Of a DNA stretch of 44,817 nt, positions 25,740 to 35,701 are shown in pieces. The first letter of the stretch is position 1. Each line of letters begins with the position of its first letter. The DNA is from a virus. Taxonomy: Duplodnaviria > Caudoviricetes. The notes under the pieces were generated by a model, which was not told where the DNA came from, did no database searches, and saw only the letters and a program-made list of their open reading frames with translations. The translations under genes and the position numbers were made by a program. The DNA lies in the IMG/VR virus record IMGVR_UViG_3300032243_001875, positions 1-44,817 of that record. The stretch is one strand, 5' to 3'.

Positions 25740-26474
25740 CTATGAGTAAAAATGATGTTTATTTTTTCCTGTAAAGGCAGAAAACATGTCTCCATGCCAT
25801 TGCCTAATGTTGAATTTATCTCGCATAGTATCATTGTCTATACAATAAACTTCTGCATCACACCTATTGAAAAGAAGCATGCAAAAACTAAAAGTTCCTG
25901 AACTCAGAACTAAGTTTTTACAATTTGCGCCGTATCTAATGACAAAGCTAGGATTCCAGCCTGTAAATATCTGGACATTTTTAAAATTGTTTTTTAGTTT
26001 TTTTACTATTTTATGATCAGGACTATCGCTACTTATAAAACAATCATAATAATTTGCATAAGACATTTGCTGATAATAGTACTCATATGGCAAGTTAAAT
26101 TCTTTGTCTATATCTCCGAGTCTGACATGCACAAATAAATCAGAAGTATTGTCTATATGCTTTGGAACAATACACTTTTTATAATAAGAAAGTATTTCTT
26201 CATTTTCAAAAATATGCTTGCTTTGAAACCAGCCGTTAAGTATTATACCAGAATCTATACTATTTCTAGAAAGTATGTCTTGTAAATTCTCATCATTTAC
26301 TTCAATATGACTTTCTAATGATCTTCCGCCTTCTTTGTTATTGATTTCAAAGTCGCCATTTAAATCTAGGCATTTATCAAAAGAAAGATCAAACTTATAA
26401 GCCAAATAACTCCCCATGCAATACTGAAGTATATTGTTGCCAAGTCTTCCTGCATAATTCACTAAAACGCTCAT
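25740..26474 (-). CDS. GT11-like fucosyltransferase
   Basis: GRLGNNILQ, GWFQ, HVRLGD, SSD and SGTFS. Confidence 0.75.
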   Translation of the reverse strand: MSVLVNYAGRLGNNILQYCMGSYLAYKFDLSFDKCLDLNGDFEINNKEGGRSLESHIEVNDENLQDILSRNSIDSGIILNGWFQSKHIFENEEILSYYKKCIVPKHIDNTSDLFVHVRLGDIDKEFNLPYEYYYQQMSYANYYDCFISSDSPDHKIVKKLKNNFKNVQIFTGWNPSFVIRYGANCKNLVLSSGTFSFCMLLFNRCDAEVYCIDNDTMRDKFNIRQWHGDMFSAFTGKNKHHFYS

Positions 26475-26478
26475 ACTT

Positions 26479-27312
26479 TTATATAACCTCTAAACTTTCA
26501 TTTGCCAGCCCCCAGCTTGGTGGGTTGGCTTTAAAAAATCTAGCGTTAATAGATGGGTTAACTAAATGGTTATTTTTGCTTCCACCTTTAACCGAAGGCT
26601 GCATTAGATGAAAGAACTTCATATTATAGTCTTCAAGATCTCCGCCATACGCATATCGCTGCATTAAGCGCCTGTGAAATTCTATATCTTGCCAACCCCA
26701 ATATCTCAACTCTTCATACCATCCCGTGCTGTTTTCCCATAGCTCTCTATTCATAAGAAGAGCGATTGATGCTCCCATAAAATCATGTCCACTTTTTATT
26801 TTATCATGATAAACTTCAACGCCGTTTTCAATCAACTTTACCAATTCTCTATTGCTGCTTAAGCCATTATATGATTCAAATGGAACGTGAAATCTAGAAG
26901 CCCAATAAAAATTCATATCTTGAGTACTATCCATTTTCTTAACAAATTCATAAAGCTTTTTAAAAGTATCATTCAAAATAAAACAGTCTGAATCCCAAAA
27001 ACATACATACTTGCCTTTACTATGGCGAAATGCAGTATTTATTGGATGAACTATAGAATAGTTTGCTTCACCGTTATATTTTTTTGCTATTTCAGGTGAA
27101 ACATATACACATCTAAAGTTTTTATGCTTTCTCTTTACTACATGTTCTACAATCTTTTTTTCGCTACCCCAGTCGCATAAAACCAACTCTATATCTTTTG
27201 CCCCACAGGCCTCTATGTTTTCTAAAGTTTGGTTCAAATTAAATTCTATAGTTTTTGCGCCGTTATATCGAAAGTCATCATTTTTTCCTGGGACTAGTAT
27301 TGATAATAGCAT
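26479..27312 (-). CDS. GT2/GT7-like glycosyltransferase
   Basis: LCDWGS, INTAFRHSKG, WDSD, WGWQDIE and FHL; start 27312 (ATG) or 27330 (TTG). Confidence 0.75.
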   Translation of the reverse strand: MLLSILVPGKNDDFRYNGAKTIEFNLNQTLENIEACGAKDIELVLCDWGSEKKIVEHVVKRKHKNFRCVYVSPEIAKKYNGEANYSIVHPINTAFRHSKGKYVCFWDSDCFILNDTFKKLYEFVKKMDSTQDMNFYWASRFHVPFESYNGLSSNRELVKLIENGVEVYHDKIKSGHDFMGASIALLMNRELWENSTGWYEELRYWGWQDIEFHRRLMQRYAYGGDLEDYNMKFFHLMQPSVKGGSKNNHLVNPSINARFFKANPPSWGLANESLEVI

Positions 27313-27428
27313 GATAAATCCGTTTATCAATATGTCGTCATAATTCTATAATAAACGATAGATTAGACAGTATTAGTTAGAATTATATTGTAAAATAAAA
27401 TAGATATTTATAAAGTGGAGAATAATTT

Positions 27429-28064
27429 ATGAAAGTATTTCTTATGCATCGTAAGGGTTTTAAAGAAAGATTTAACAAAGTAACAGATTTAATTATGCAG
27501 TGTGACTTTGTAGAAGATATTGAGATAGTCACTTCTGAGCAAAGCGACATATGTTTTTCCACAATGGAAGAAAAGAAACTTGCTTTACCATCAGACTTTC
27601 CTGTCGTAGAGATAAATAGTGGCAATAGATCATTGATACATAAGCAATTTAGAGCATTTAAAAAAATAGCAGATGAAGGAAAGCCTGCCATGATACTTGA
27701 AGATGATGTTATATTTGATCCATCTGCATTAAACAACTTTGTAAATAACTTTAATTCTATCCCAGAAGATTGGGAATTTTGTTTTTTTGGGACTGGATGT
27801 TGGCTAAAAATAGAAGGTCAAGGTTTTGTGAAAAATAACAATAGATTAAAATCAAAATGCACAGATAGCATGATTGTTCATCCTTCTGCTGCGCAAAAAA
27901 TATATGAAGACATGAAATCTACAAGAGTATATCTTCCTATTGATTGGGATTTAAGCTACCGATTTTTAAAGCTCAACACCACAGTTTACTGGTATGAGCC
28001 TGGACTGATTGTCCAAGGATCGCAAAACGGAACGTATCAGAGTGAGATTCAAGGCAAGCCATAA
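27429..28064 (+). CDS. glycosyltransferase family 25-like
   Basis: SLIHK, ILEDD, PIDW and EPGLIVQGS. Confidence 0.75.
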   Translation: MKVFLMHRKGFKERFNKVTDLIMQCDFVEDIEIVTSEQSDICFSTMEEKKLALPSDFPVVEINSGNRSLIHKQFRAFKKIADEGKPAMILEDDVIFDPSALNNFVNNFNSIPEDWEFCFFGTGCWLKIEGQGFVKNNNRLKSKCTDSMIVHPSAAQKIYEDMKSTRVYLPIDWDLSYRFLKLNTTVYWYEPGLIVQGSQNGTYQSEIQGKP

Positions 28065-28966
28065 TGAGCATCAAGATAAAATTTGCTGGATATTGGAATA
28101 GCGATTATAATATATATTCATTTGTTAATGATATATGGAATATCGATGGCTATTATGGTGAAAACATAACTTACCAAGATGACTATACGCATCTCGTTAT
28201 ACTCAACTCGGTTGATAACAGCAAATATAGAGTAAATCCAGACTATACTTATGGTATAGCCATAGAACCATATTGGTCTGAAAACTTTGACAAAAATATG
28301 CTTAATTATTGCAAAAAAATAGTTACGTATCAGCCAGAAAAATATCAGAATGGAAGAACGATACACTATCCACTGTTAGGCACTCACAGGCTATATAGTG
28401 CAAATCCAGACGGTAGTGGCGAGATCAACTGCATACCTGGAACGACCAAAGACATAATAAAAAAACCAATTCAAAAAACAAAGACATTATCGATAATAGT
28501 CTCAAATGCACCTCGGGATTCAAGGTCGTTTACTAACTATAACAATAGAAAAGATTTAGTAGATAAATTACTTAATTCAGATTTAGACTTTGACATGTAC
28601 GGAAGAGCTTGGGGTTTAAGCGATACAAGATATAAGGGTCCACTCTCAAACAAGATACATGGCATTATAGATTACAAATATACAATTTGTTTAGAAAATT
28701 CTTCAATTAGTGGAAACATAAGCGAAAAATTCATTGATGCAGTTTTGTGCAACACAATTCCTATATACAATGGCCACAAAGATATAGAAAAATTCTACCC
28801 AAATTGCTGTGAGTATTTGGAGTATGACGGAAGCGAAATAGAAAGAATAAAACAAATCATTCATAGCGGTAAAACTATGAATGATTATAAATTTAAAGAA
28901 GCAGCAGACCTGTATTTAAACCATTACAATCCTATCAGGATTATAATGGAAGACATAATGTCTTAA
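28064..28966 (+). CDS. GT10-like fucosyltransferase family protein
   Basis: DYKYTICLENS...ISEKFIDAVL..TIPIY.G. Confidence 0.8.
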   Translation: MSIKIKFAGYWNSDYNIYSFVNDIWNIDGYYGENITYQDDYTHLVILNSVDNSKYRVNPDYTYGIAIEPYWSENFDKNMLNYCKKIVTYQPEKYQNGRTIHYPLLGTHRLYSANPDGSGEINCIPGTTKDIIKKPIQKTKTLSIIVSNAPRDSRSFTNYNNRKDLVDKLLNSDLDFDMYGRAWGLSDTRYKGPLSNKIHGIIDYKYTICLENSSISGNISEKFIDAVLCNTIPIYNGHKDIEKFYPNCCEYLEYDGSEIERIKQIIHSGKTMNDYKFKEAADLYLNHYNPIRIIMEDIMS

Positions 28967-29880
28967 AGAGGCTTCCATACAACTAGCGAATGGCCTTCAA
29001 TAAAGTAGCTTCCGCTCCATATTCTTCTCTTGTCTATAATCTTAATCTTTCCAATACTTTCAAGCCATTCAAGATGCTTTAGATAATCGTGCAGGTAATT
29101 TCTCTTTCTGAAATATCTGACAGAGAGATTATCTATAAGCTTTGACTCATCCAATAGCTCTGCAATTGGCTCCATGTTGATGCACAAAGCTGGCTTTTTA
29201 TCTAACAAGTAATCAACAAACTTAATATAATTGCTTCCAGTCTGCTCAAGTGCAGCAATGGTATATGCAATGCTGTTGCTGTCTATATTGAATTTATAAT
29301 CTGGCTTGAAAAAGTCAAGATTATGAGCATCTATCGGCTTGGAAAGAGACTTACTTATTTCACCGATAAGCTCCTGAGAAGATTTAGCCCAGTCTAATCC
29401 AGTAAGGTTCAAGTCTGGACGAGCCTCTCGTAGTCTGAGCAAATGGTAGCCAGGTCCGCACCCAAACTCGTATACGCCACTGTAGCCATCCTTTAGGTAG
29501 TGATGCAAGATAGCGTCAATAAAGCATATATGTATCTTGTAGTCAAATGCTGGAGTAATTGGATTGACGACATTACCCATCCATCTAACATGTCTGTTTT
29601 TACAGTGATACTTAGGAATAAGAGAGTTTATATCTTTGGTTTGCTTATACATGTCAAGATTTTCTCCCCAGCCCTTTTCCCAATCGTCTATTCGGTGAGC
29701 GCCACTCTTTACTATGTCTCCAGTAAGCACATCTACAACACGAATGAGATAGTCATTCATCTCTTGGTCTGTAAGATGCTCATAGCGTAAGTCAAAATCA
29801 TCAACCATTTTTGCTGGCAAGTCAGCTATCCTGAAGCCAAGAATGCCAGATATGTCATCTGCTGTTATTTTATATGCCAT
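28963..29880 (-). CDS. class I SAM-dependent methyltransferase
   Basis: YEFGCGPGYHL, GLDW and ALEQ. Confidence 0.82.
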   Translation of the reverse strand: MAYKITADDISGILGFRIADLPAKMVDDFDLRYEHLTDQEMNDYLIRVVDVLTGDIVKSGAHRIDDWEKGWGENLDMYKQTKDINSLIPKYHCKNRHVRWMGNVVNPITPAFDYKIHICFIDAILHHYLKDGYSGVYEFGCGPGYHLLRLREARPDLNLTGLDWAKSSQELIGEISKSLSKPIDAHNLDFFKPDYKFNIDSNSIAYTIAALEQTGSNYIKFVDYLLDKKPALCINMEPIAELLDESKLIDNLSVRYFRKRNYLHDYLKHLEWLESIGKIKIIDKRRIWSGSYFIEGHSLVVWKPL

Positions 29881-30904
29881 ATAAACCTTTCTGCCACTCC
29901 ATTGTACGCCTTAGTCCTTCGCGCAAGGGAATGAAATCTATTTTATTAAATTCGTTAAAATATCTACTTAAGCTGAGGTTAACGTTCTTGGGAGTACCAG
30001 CAAGAGAATTAACGTCATCTTTAGGGGCGTATACTTCTACGCCAGTTAATTCTCCTATGATGGTTGCTAGTTCAAGTATGTTTGTTCTTGATTCTCCAGA
30101 AACATTATAAACTATTTGCTTTCCAAATAAAGATATGTTCCAGACCATTTCGATGATGTCTGAAATGTATCCATATGTCCTCAGTGAAGAGCCACTGTCA
30201 AGCAAATCAATTCTTTCCTTTTCAAATGCCTTCTGAAACAATGAATTGAGCACGCGTTGATCATTTTTCTTTGTACCTGGGCCATAAGCCAGACTGAGCC
30301 TTATTATTTTTACTTTGGCATTCTCGCCAGATAATGCATGGCATATAGATTCGCCACATCTTTTTCCCTCAATGTAGCAAGACCTGGGATGATCTGGCTT
30401 AGAGTTGCCAATATCATTCTCTGTGATACTATCGTTATCAAGGCCACTGTATACCTCGCTTGTACTCATAAAGACAAAAGTACCGCCCTTGTTTAACATC
30501 TTGAAAAGCCTTGTTGTTGAAGCCGTGTTCAACTCAATAGTCTTTACTTTATTCTCAAGAAATTTATTAGGCTGAGCATATCCTGCTGCATGGAATATAA
30601 AATCAAATCCACCTAGAGTTTCACACAATGAGTCATAAACTTCTGTCAAAAGACCATCATTGCATATATCCCCTTTGATTATTACCGTGCCATCAAAAAG
30701 TTCTTTAAACGCTGACTCTACGTCGTTATTTACCCAGCAATATATTCCTATACTTATTTCTTTTTGCACGCTCTTTAAACAAGAGAGCATGTAAATCCCC
30801 ATGATGCCAGAAGCTCCTGTAATTAGAATTTTCTTATTTCTTAATGATGAAAAATCTATTTTTTTTGCTATATCGCGGCATTCAAGATTTATTAAATCAA
30901 GCAT
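29870..30904 (-). CDS. NAD-dependent epimerase/dehydratase (UDP-glucuronate decarboxylase-like SDR)
   Basis: ITGASGIMG, HAAGYAQP, STSEVY, RSCYIEGKR and YGPG. Confidence 0.88.
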   Translation of the reverse strand: MLDLINLECRDIAKKIDFSSLRNKKILITGASGIMGIYMLSCLKSVQKEISIGIYCWVNNDVESAFKELFDGTVIIKGDICNDGLLTEVYDSLCETLGGFDFIFHAAGYAQPNKFLENKVKTIELNTASTTRLFKMLNKGGTFVFMSTSEVYSGLDNDSITENDIGNSKPDHPRSCYIEGKRCGESICHALSGENAKVKIIRLSLAYGPGTKKNDQRVLNSLFQKAFEKERIDLLDSGSSLRTYGYISDIIEMVWNISLFGKQIVYNVSGESRTNILELATIIGELTGVEVYAPKDDVNSLAGTPKNVNLSLSRYFNEFNKIDFIPLREGLRRTMEWQKGLYGI

Positions 30905-31767
30905 TCAGCAACCTTTCTTCTTATGCCATCAGCATCAAGCATTAAATGCTGATCGTGTTGTTTTTTATCGCCATAATTATGCAAGAATTTTCTTGGTACA
31001 CCAATATTGAAAATTCTGTACTTTTTGCCAACAAGGGCTTCATTAATAAGATGATTTGTTGTACCTACATAAAATGGCTCACATACGATTATTGTTTCAT
31101 TAAAATTATCAATTAGCGATGTTGCATCAAATGGGAGAATGGAGTTATAATAAAGAATGGAAACATCAAATTCCTCACATGCCCTCATCACTGCTTCGCA
31201 TATTGGACCGTAGCACACAATAGTTGCAAGCCGACCCTCTTTAACGATAGCAGCACGCCCTGGTTCACAATCAAAAGACACTGAGTTTTCGCTTTCGCTC
31301 AGTCTGAAATACTTTGGAATACTTGATTTGTAAAATGACTTCAAAAGACAATCAAATTCATGAGATGTTCCGGGAACAAAAATATTGATATTAGGTATAC
31401 TCAATAGGCTTTGAATATCTCCAGGGCAATGATGCGTACATCCAAGCCCAGCGTAGTCATATGACGCTCCTACACTAATAAAATTTCCGTTTAGCTCTTG
31501 GTACCCAAAATCCACCTTTATTTGCTCCAGGGCTCTTTCGACCATAAATGGAGCTATCGTATGAATAAAAGGTATCATCCCGCCACGAGCCATTCCAGCT
31601 GCCAAGCTTACAGTTGCCTGTTCCAATATGCCTATATTGTAAGCCCTATTTGGGATATTTTTTAATTCGTCTCGAAAGCCAAATACTCCAATATCTCCTA
31701 GCAATAACACAGAGTCGATATCACCATGAAGTATTTCTTTCATTGATTTAACAAATTGTTTTCTCAT
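30892..31767 (-). CDS. transketolase C-terminal subunit (pyrimidine-binding and C domains)
   Basis: NIGILEQ, AAGMA and LGCTHH; GGAGG SD before 31767. Confidence 0.9.
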   Translation of the reverse strand: MRKQFVKSMKEILHGDIDSVLLLGDIGVFGFRDELKNIPNRAYNIGILEQATVSLAAGMARGGMIPFIHTIAPFMVERALEQIKVDFGYQELNGNFISVGASYDYAGLGCTHHCPGDIQSLLSIPNINIFVPGTSHEFDCLLKSFYKSSIPKYFRLSESENSVSFDCEPGRAAIVKEGRLATIVCYGPICEAVMRACEEFDVSILYYNSILPFDATSLIDNFNETIIVCEPFYVGTTNHLINEALVGKKYRIFNIGVPRKFLHNYGDKKQHDQHLMLDADGIRRKVAECLI

Positions 31768-31768
31768 T

Positions 31769-32614
31769 TTATCCTCCATGCACTTGGCGTTGCATGAGAT
31801 GTATCTTCATGTTTGGATTCCAATAGCAAGCCATACCGGCTACGTTTGAATTGATACAGACTATCTCTTTGCCTTTTGATAGCAATAGACACTCAATTAT
31901 TGTATCACGACCATGCTTTATCTTGTCCTGACCATGAACTATATGACAGAGAGGCTTTGGAGAATCTATCTTCTCGCACCGCAAGTCAGTGTGATAGTAA
32001 CAGACATTTGGGAACGCATTGTATATTCCCATGATTGCTTCAAGACTGTCAGACGCTACAAATATTTTCTCATAGCTGTTCTGCTGCTGTATTTTGCTGA
32101 TCTTATCTATCAAAAGTGGAAGATTTGTAAATTTATAGTCCGTACTTCTAATATGGACGGACACTTGACTGTCGTTTTTAAGATTAACTTTAGCAAACTT
32201 TTTAACCTCATTCATTATGACTGGAAGAGGCTTGACGTATTTGTCAAGCATTGCTTTTATCTCCAATCTATGTGCAAGAAGATCATCTCGGTCTGCTATC
32301 ATGTTCCACAGCTTTAGTCTGTAGTCATGAATGACTGGCCGTGTCATAACATAATTCTCTAAGAAGAAGTTTGCAGTTGAAGTAAGCTGCGAAACCTCAA
32401 ATACTTCACCTTCCGGCTTTCCGTCATTGATTGGCTTGAAATAGTGACTCCAGGGATTTTCTGGTCCATCTCTATAAAGAAACTTTTCACCTATATTAAT
32501 GATAGGCTTCATTTCATTTAGTTCACAGTACTTAATATTGTCTATGATCTGTAGCAAACTGGAGAACATGCCGTATTCTCTTGTATTAATAATTAGACTT
32601 TTAGATGCTTTCAT
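31769..32614 (-). CDS. NodZ/GT23-like (O-)fucosyltransferase
   Basis: GMFSSL, NPWSHYF.P, VHIRSTD, IFVASD and SNV. Confidence 0.75.
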   Translation of the reverse strand: MKASKSLIINTREYGMFSSLLQIIDNIKYCELNEMKPIINIGEKFLYRDGPENPWSHYFKPINDGKPEGEVFEVSQLTSTANFFLENYVMTRPVIHDYRLKLWNMIADRDDLLAHRLEIKAMLDKYVKPLPVIMNEVKKFAKVNLKNDSQVSVHIRSTDYKFTNLPLLIDKISKIQQQNSYEKIFVASDSLEAIMGIYNAFPNVCYYHTDLRCEKIDSPKPLCHIVHGQDKIKHGRDTIIECLLLSKGKEIVCINSNVAGMACYWNPNMKIHLMQRQVHGG

Positions 32615-33350
32615 ATAGTTCCTTGATCATGTCTTCGCATTCAGTAGCACTGGGAGATTTATGGTGCCATTCTGGATTGCTCTCCATGCACTTTATGTCT
32701 TTGCCTTTTATCGTATGTGCAAGAATGAAATGTGGCTTCTCTGTATCTGTTTTACTAAGAACCTTGGATATGCTATCTATATCATGACCATTTACTTTGC
32801 TACATATCCATCCAAAAGACTTAAACTTCTCAGATATATCGCCTATATCTAAAGCTCTGTCGGTTGAATGATTGTGATCTAAGATGCAACAAAAGTTGTT
32901 AACCTTTTGATGGCTGGCAAGAAGAGCAGATTCCCAAATTGTGCCCTCGTTTGCTTCCCCATCGCCAATAATTGTGAATACTCGTCCACCTATTCCTTTA
33001 ATCTTATTGCTCATAGCTAGACCAAGAGCAAAAGGCATTCCGTGACCAAGAGATCCAGTTGAGCACTCTACATTTTTTAGCCTGCAGGAAGGATGACCAC
33101 CCAGCTTTGAATCAAATTTGCAGAAGTTACTGAGGTCTTCTTCAAGCAATCCAAAATGGTCTAATATTGCGTAAAGACCGATTGATGCATGACCTTTGGA
33201 AAGGACAAACCTGCCATTGCCACCGACTACATGATCTTTATAGATTACGTATAGTAGATCAATTATGGATAGCGCGCTTGGCACATGCCCTTCCTTGTTC
33301 GCACTACAAGTTAATAATATCTTTTTTATAACATCTTTTTTATGAAACAT
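32601..33350 (-). CDS. transketolase N-terminal subunit (ThDP-binding)
   Basis: GHVPSALS, LSKGHAS, GGHP, STGSLGHG, GDGEANEG..WE, HTIKGK and WHH. Confidence 0.92.
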   Translation of the reverse strand: MFHKKDVIKKILLTCSANKEGHVPSALSIIDLLYVIYKDHVVGGNGRFVLSKGHASIGLYAILDHFGLLEEDLSNFCKFDSKLGGHPSCRLKNVECSTGSLGHGMPFALGLAMSNKIKGIGGRVFTIIGDGEANEGTIWESALLASHQKVNNFCCILDHNHSTDRALDIGDISEKFKSFGWICSKVNGHDIDSISKVLSKTDTEKPHFILAHTIKGKDIKCMESNPEWHHKSPSATECEDMIKELYESI

Positions 33351-33416
33351 TAGTCGCCTTACTTTTGATAAGCATTTATCGATTATAATAGATGGGCAAA
33401 AAGTAATGAATGATAA

Positions 33417-34166
33417 TTATTTTTGCACTTCTTGTCTCCAATAGCCAAATTTTAACTTTTCAAAATTATATGATTTATTTTTCATTTCATTTATTTTTAA
33501 TGATAGAAAACTCTCACTGATTTCATCATATTCATTTATAAAAAGTACTGGCAAATCTGAATACAAATCCTCAAGTCTTCCAGAACGTTTTAGTATGGGT
33601 ATTCTTTTTAGATACAATATTTCCCAAGTTCTGTGACAATCAATACCGTTGCCAGGTGGACTGAGCATGAATGCATGGTTCAGCATCTTGGCGTAATAAT
33701 TATCTTGATAAATATAGCCTCCACTATGCTCAACTGTGCACCAATCGCTAGTTGCAAAAATTCCGTAAGGCTTTTGCCTTTCAATTGGATTTGTTCCTAT
33801 ATTGTGATTAATATACAACAATTTGCTTGGTTCAACATAGCACTTTTCATTTGACAAACTTAATATGGTTTGTTTTTTATTTATGGCATTTGGTACGTAG
33901 TCATTCTCTAATCCGATTGGTATAGGGTTAAACTTCATGGATTTACATGTTACGTTTTGCCCATACCATTTTGGAAATTTATGGGAATAATTTACAAATT
34001 TTTCGTCAACAGGTATATCTCCATTATGAGTAACTATATTGACATCAGAAGAATTGATCTTTATAAAACTAAAAGCATCATCAATTTTTAAGAATTTTGT
34101 CTTTTCAATATCCTTAAATTTATCTCCCCATATAAGATCATCATATTTAATACTAAAATTAAACAT
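33417..34166 (-). CDS. exostosin/GT47-like protein
   Basis: PIPIGLEN, FMLSPPGNGIDCHRTWE and LPVLFI. Confidence 0.75.
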   Translation of the reverse strand: MFNFSIKYDDLIWGDKFKDIEKTKFLKIDDAFSFIKINSSDVNIVTHNGDIPVDEKFVNYSHKFPKWYGQNVTCKSMKFNPIPIGLENDYVPNAINKKQTILSLSNEKCYVEPSKLLYINHNIGTNPIERQKPYGIFATSDWCTVEHSGGYIYQDNYYAKMLNHAFMLSPPGNGIDCHRTWEILYLKRIPILKRSGRLEDLYSDLPVLFINEYDEISESFLSLKINEMKNKSYNFEKLKFGYWRQEVQK

Positions 34167-34929
34167 CGCGCAATATTAACTCCACCAGTCTATCAATAGA
34201 CCCCTTATGCTTACTATATGGTCTTATAGAATGACAGTCGTAGTAATGCCCCTTGAGCAAATCTTCATCTCTCCATCCCCATTTTATTCTATCTATTCTG
34301 TGACACTCGTGAGGCCCACAGTCCCTAAACTTTCTTACTATTCTTGACTGGTCATGATATGAGTTAATCATTCTGCTAGACCACATTTCATCAGCGCCCC
34401 AGTGTGGTAGTTTATTTGATAAACCGCTTGGAATATGATCATGGTAATTATCTTTCCAAAAACCTATATTAACGTACTCTTCAAAAGTACTTGGTAGATT
34501 GAGTATTTCTTTAAATGTTTTTCCTTTTGCTACATTGTAGCAGCACAGATAAGTTATGTGCGGATATTTTTCTCCTGGATCTGAATTCAAGTGAACCCAT
34601 GTGTCGTCAGGAACGTCATTAAGCCATTCTGTGAAGTATTTTTTTGATATGGGGATCATATCTATATCAGATGTCATCCAGGTCGAATCAGGATCTGTGC
34701 AAGGAATCCAGTATCTTGATATTTGACATTGAGTATTAACAGGAATTCCGTCAAGTATTGGCATTTTTATTACATTGCCGTACTCGGTAGTTGGACTTCC
34801 GTTCCCAAAATACAATAAAACAGGTTCTATATTAAACTTTTTGCGCCATATCTTTGAAACTATAGGCCAAAAATCTAAATAAAATTCTTTATCATCCGAT
34901 GCGTGTATTACCTTATCTATTTTCATCAA
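34159..34929 (-). CDS. putative GT-A glycosyltransferase
   Basis: YLDFWP, QISR, SDIDM (DxD), WGADE and DCHS.RPY; lies within the glycan cluster. Confidence 0.6.
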   Translation of the reverse strand: MMKIDKVIHASDDKEFYLDFWPIVSKIWRKKFNIEPVLLYFGNGSPTTEYGNVIKMPILDGIPVNTQCQISRYWIPCTDPDSTWMTSDIDMIPISKKYFTEWLNDVPDDTWVHLNSDPGEKYPHITYLCCYNVAKGKTFKEILNLPSTFEEYVNIGFWKDNYHDHIPSGLSNKLPHWGADEMWSSRMINSYHDQSRIVRKFRDCGPHECHRIDRIKWGWRDEDLLKGHYYDCHSIRPYSKHKGSIDRLVELILRDV

Positions 34930-35669
34930 TCTCTCCTACGAGTATGTGCCACAATTTGAGGAGTACCTCTTAGCTCTGAATTACCCCATTCAGTGATGTC
35001 TTCCATGCAAGATACCTTATACTTTTTACAAATCAAGCTCAATAAAGACTGATCGTGCCTATGCTCTTTGAAGGACGGATAATTAGGAGAAACACTTGGA
35101 GAAACAAATTCGTCTGCTACCATGTGGAAATTACTAATTAACCTTTGCCATTCATGCATAAGAAAATAAGAAAAGTCATTCTTCTTACACAAAAAAAATG
35201 TACTCATGATTTGCTTTGTGTTAGTATATTCGGGTGTATCACATCCAATTTCTATGAAGCAATCTCTTTTGTTCCAGTCTTTTTCAGAATGCGCAAGATT
35301 AAAACATAAACAATCATTATAAGATTGATTTAATTTTTCAAAAATTGGAGACATCGAATGTATAAAATGACATCCAGAATCAGAATACATTAATATGTCT
35401 TCTCTATTAATGATATCTAAAGTTTTTAATATAATTTGAGGCTTCCAGACCCAATATCCTGCACCTCTTGTATATTCAAAATGTTTTTTATGATTTCTTC
35501 TAAAATCATCTGAAAGTGAATCTAGTCGGTAATTTATAACCTGGTCAAAACCTGCTATTTCTAAGCCTGTTTTACTATTAAGCTTTTGCGCATTAAAATA
35601 ACCACCATTGGGGTTATTTTGAGCACAATTGGTTCCTATAGCTGCATAATTTATTAAATATTTAGTCAT
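34926..35669 (-). CDS. conserved glycosyltransferase-like protein (RGAGYWxWKP...HRHDQS)
   Basis: RGAGYWVWKP, YSDSG and EHRHDQSLLSL; ATG start at 35669. Confidence 0.7.
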   Translation of the reverse strand: MTKYLINYAAIGTNCAQNNPNGGYFNAQKLNSKTGLEIAGFDQVINYRLDSLSDDFRRNHKKHFEYTRGAGYWVWKPQIILKTLDIINREDILMYSDSGCHFIHSMSPIFEKLNQSYNDCLCFNLAHSEKDWNKRDCFIEIGCDTPEYTNTKQIMSTFFLCKKNDFSYFLMHEWQRLISNFHMVADEFVSPSVSPNYPSFKEHRHDQSLLSLICKKYKVSCMEDITEWGNSELRGTPQIVAHTRRRD

Positions 35670-35701
35670 AATAATCTTACAATTTTTCGACAAATAAAAA
35701 T

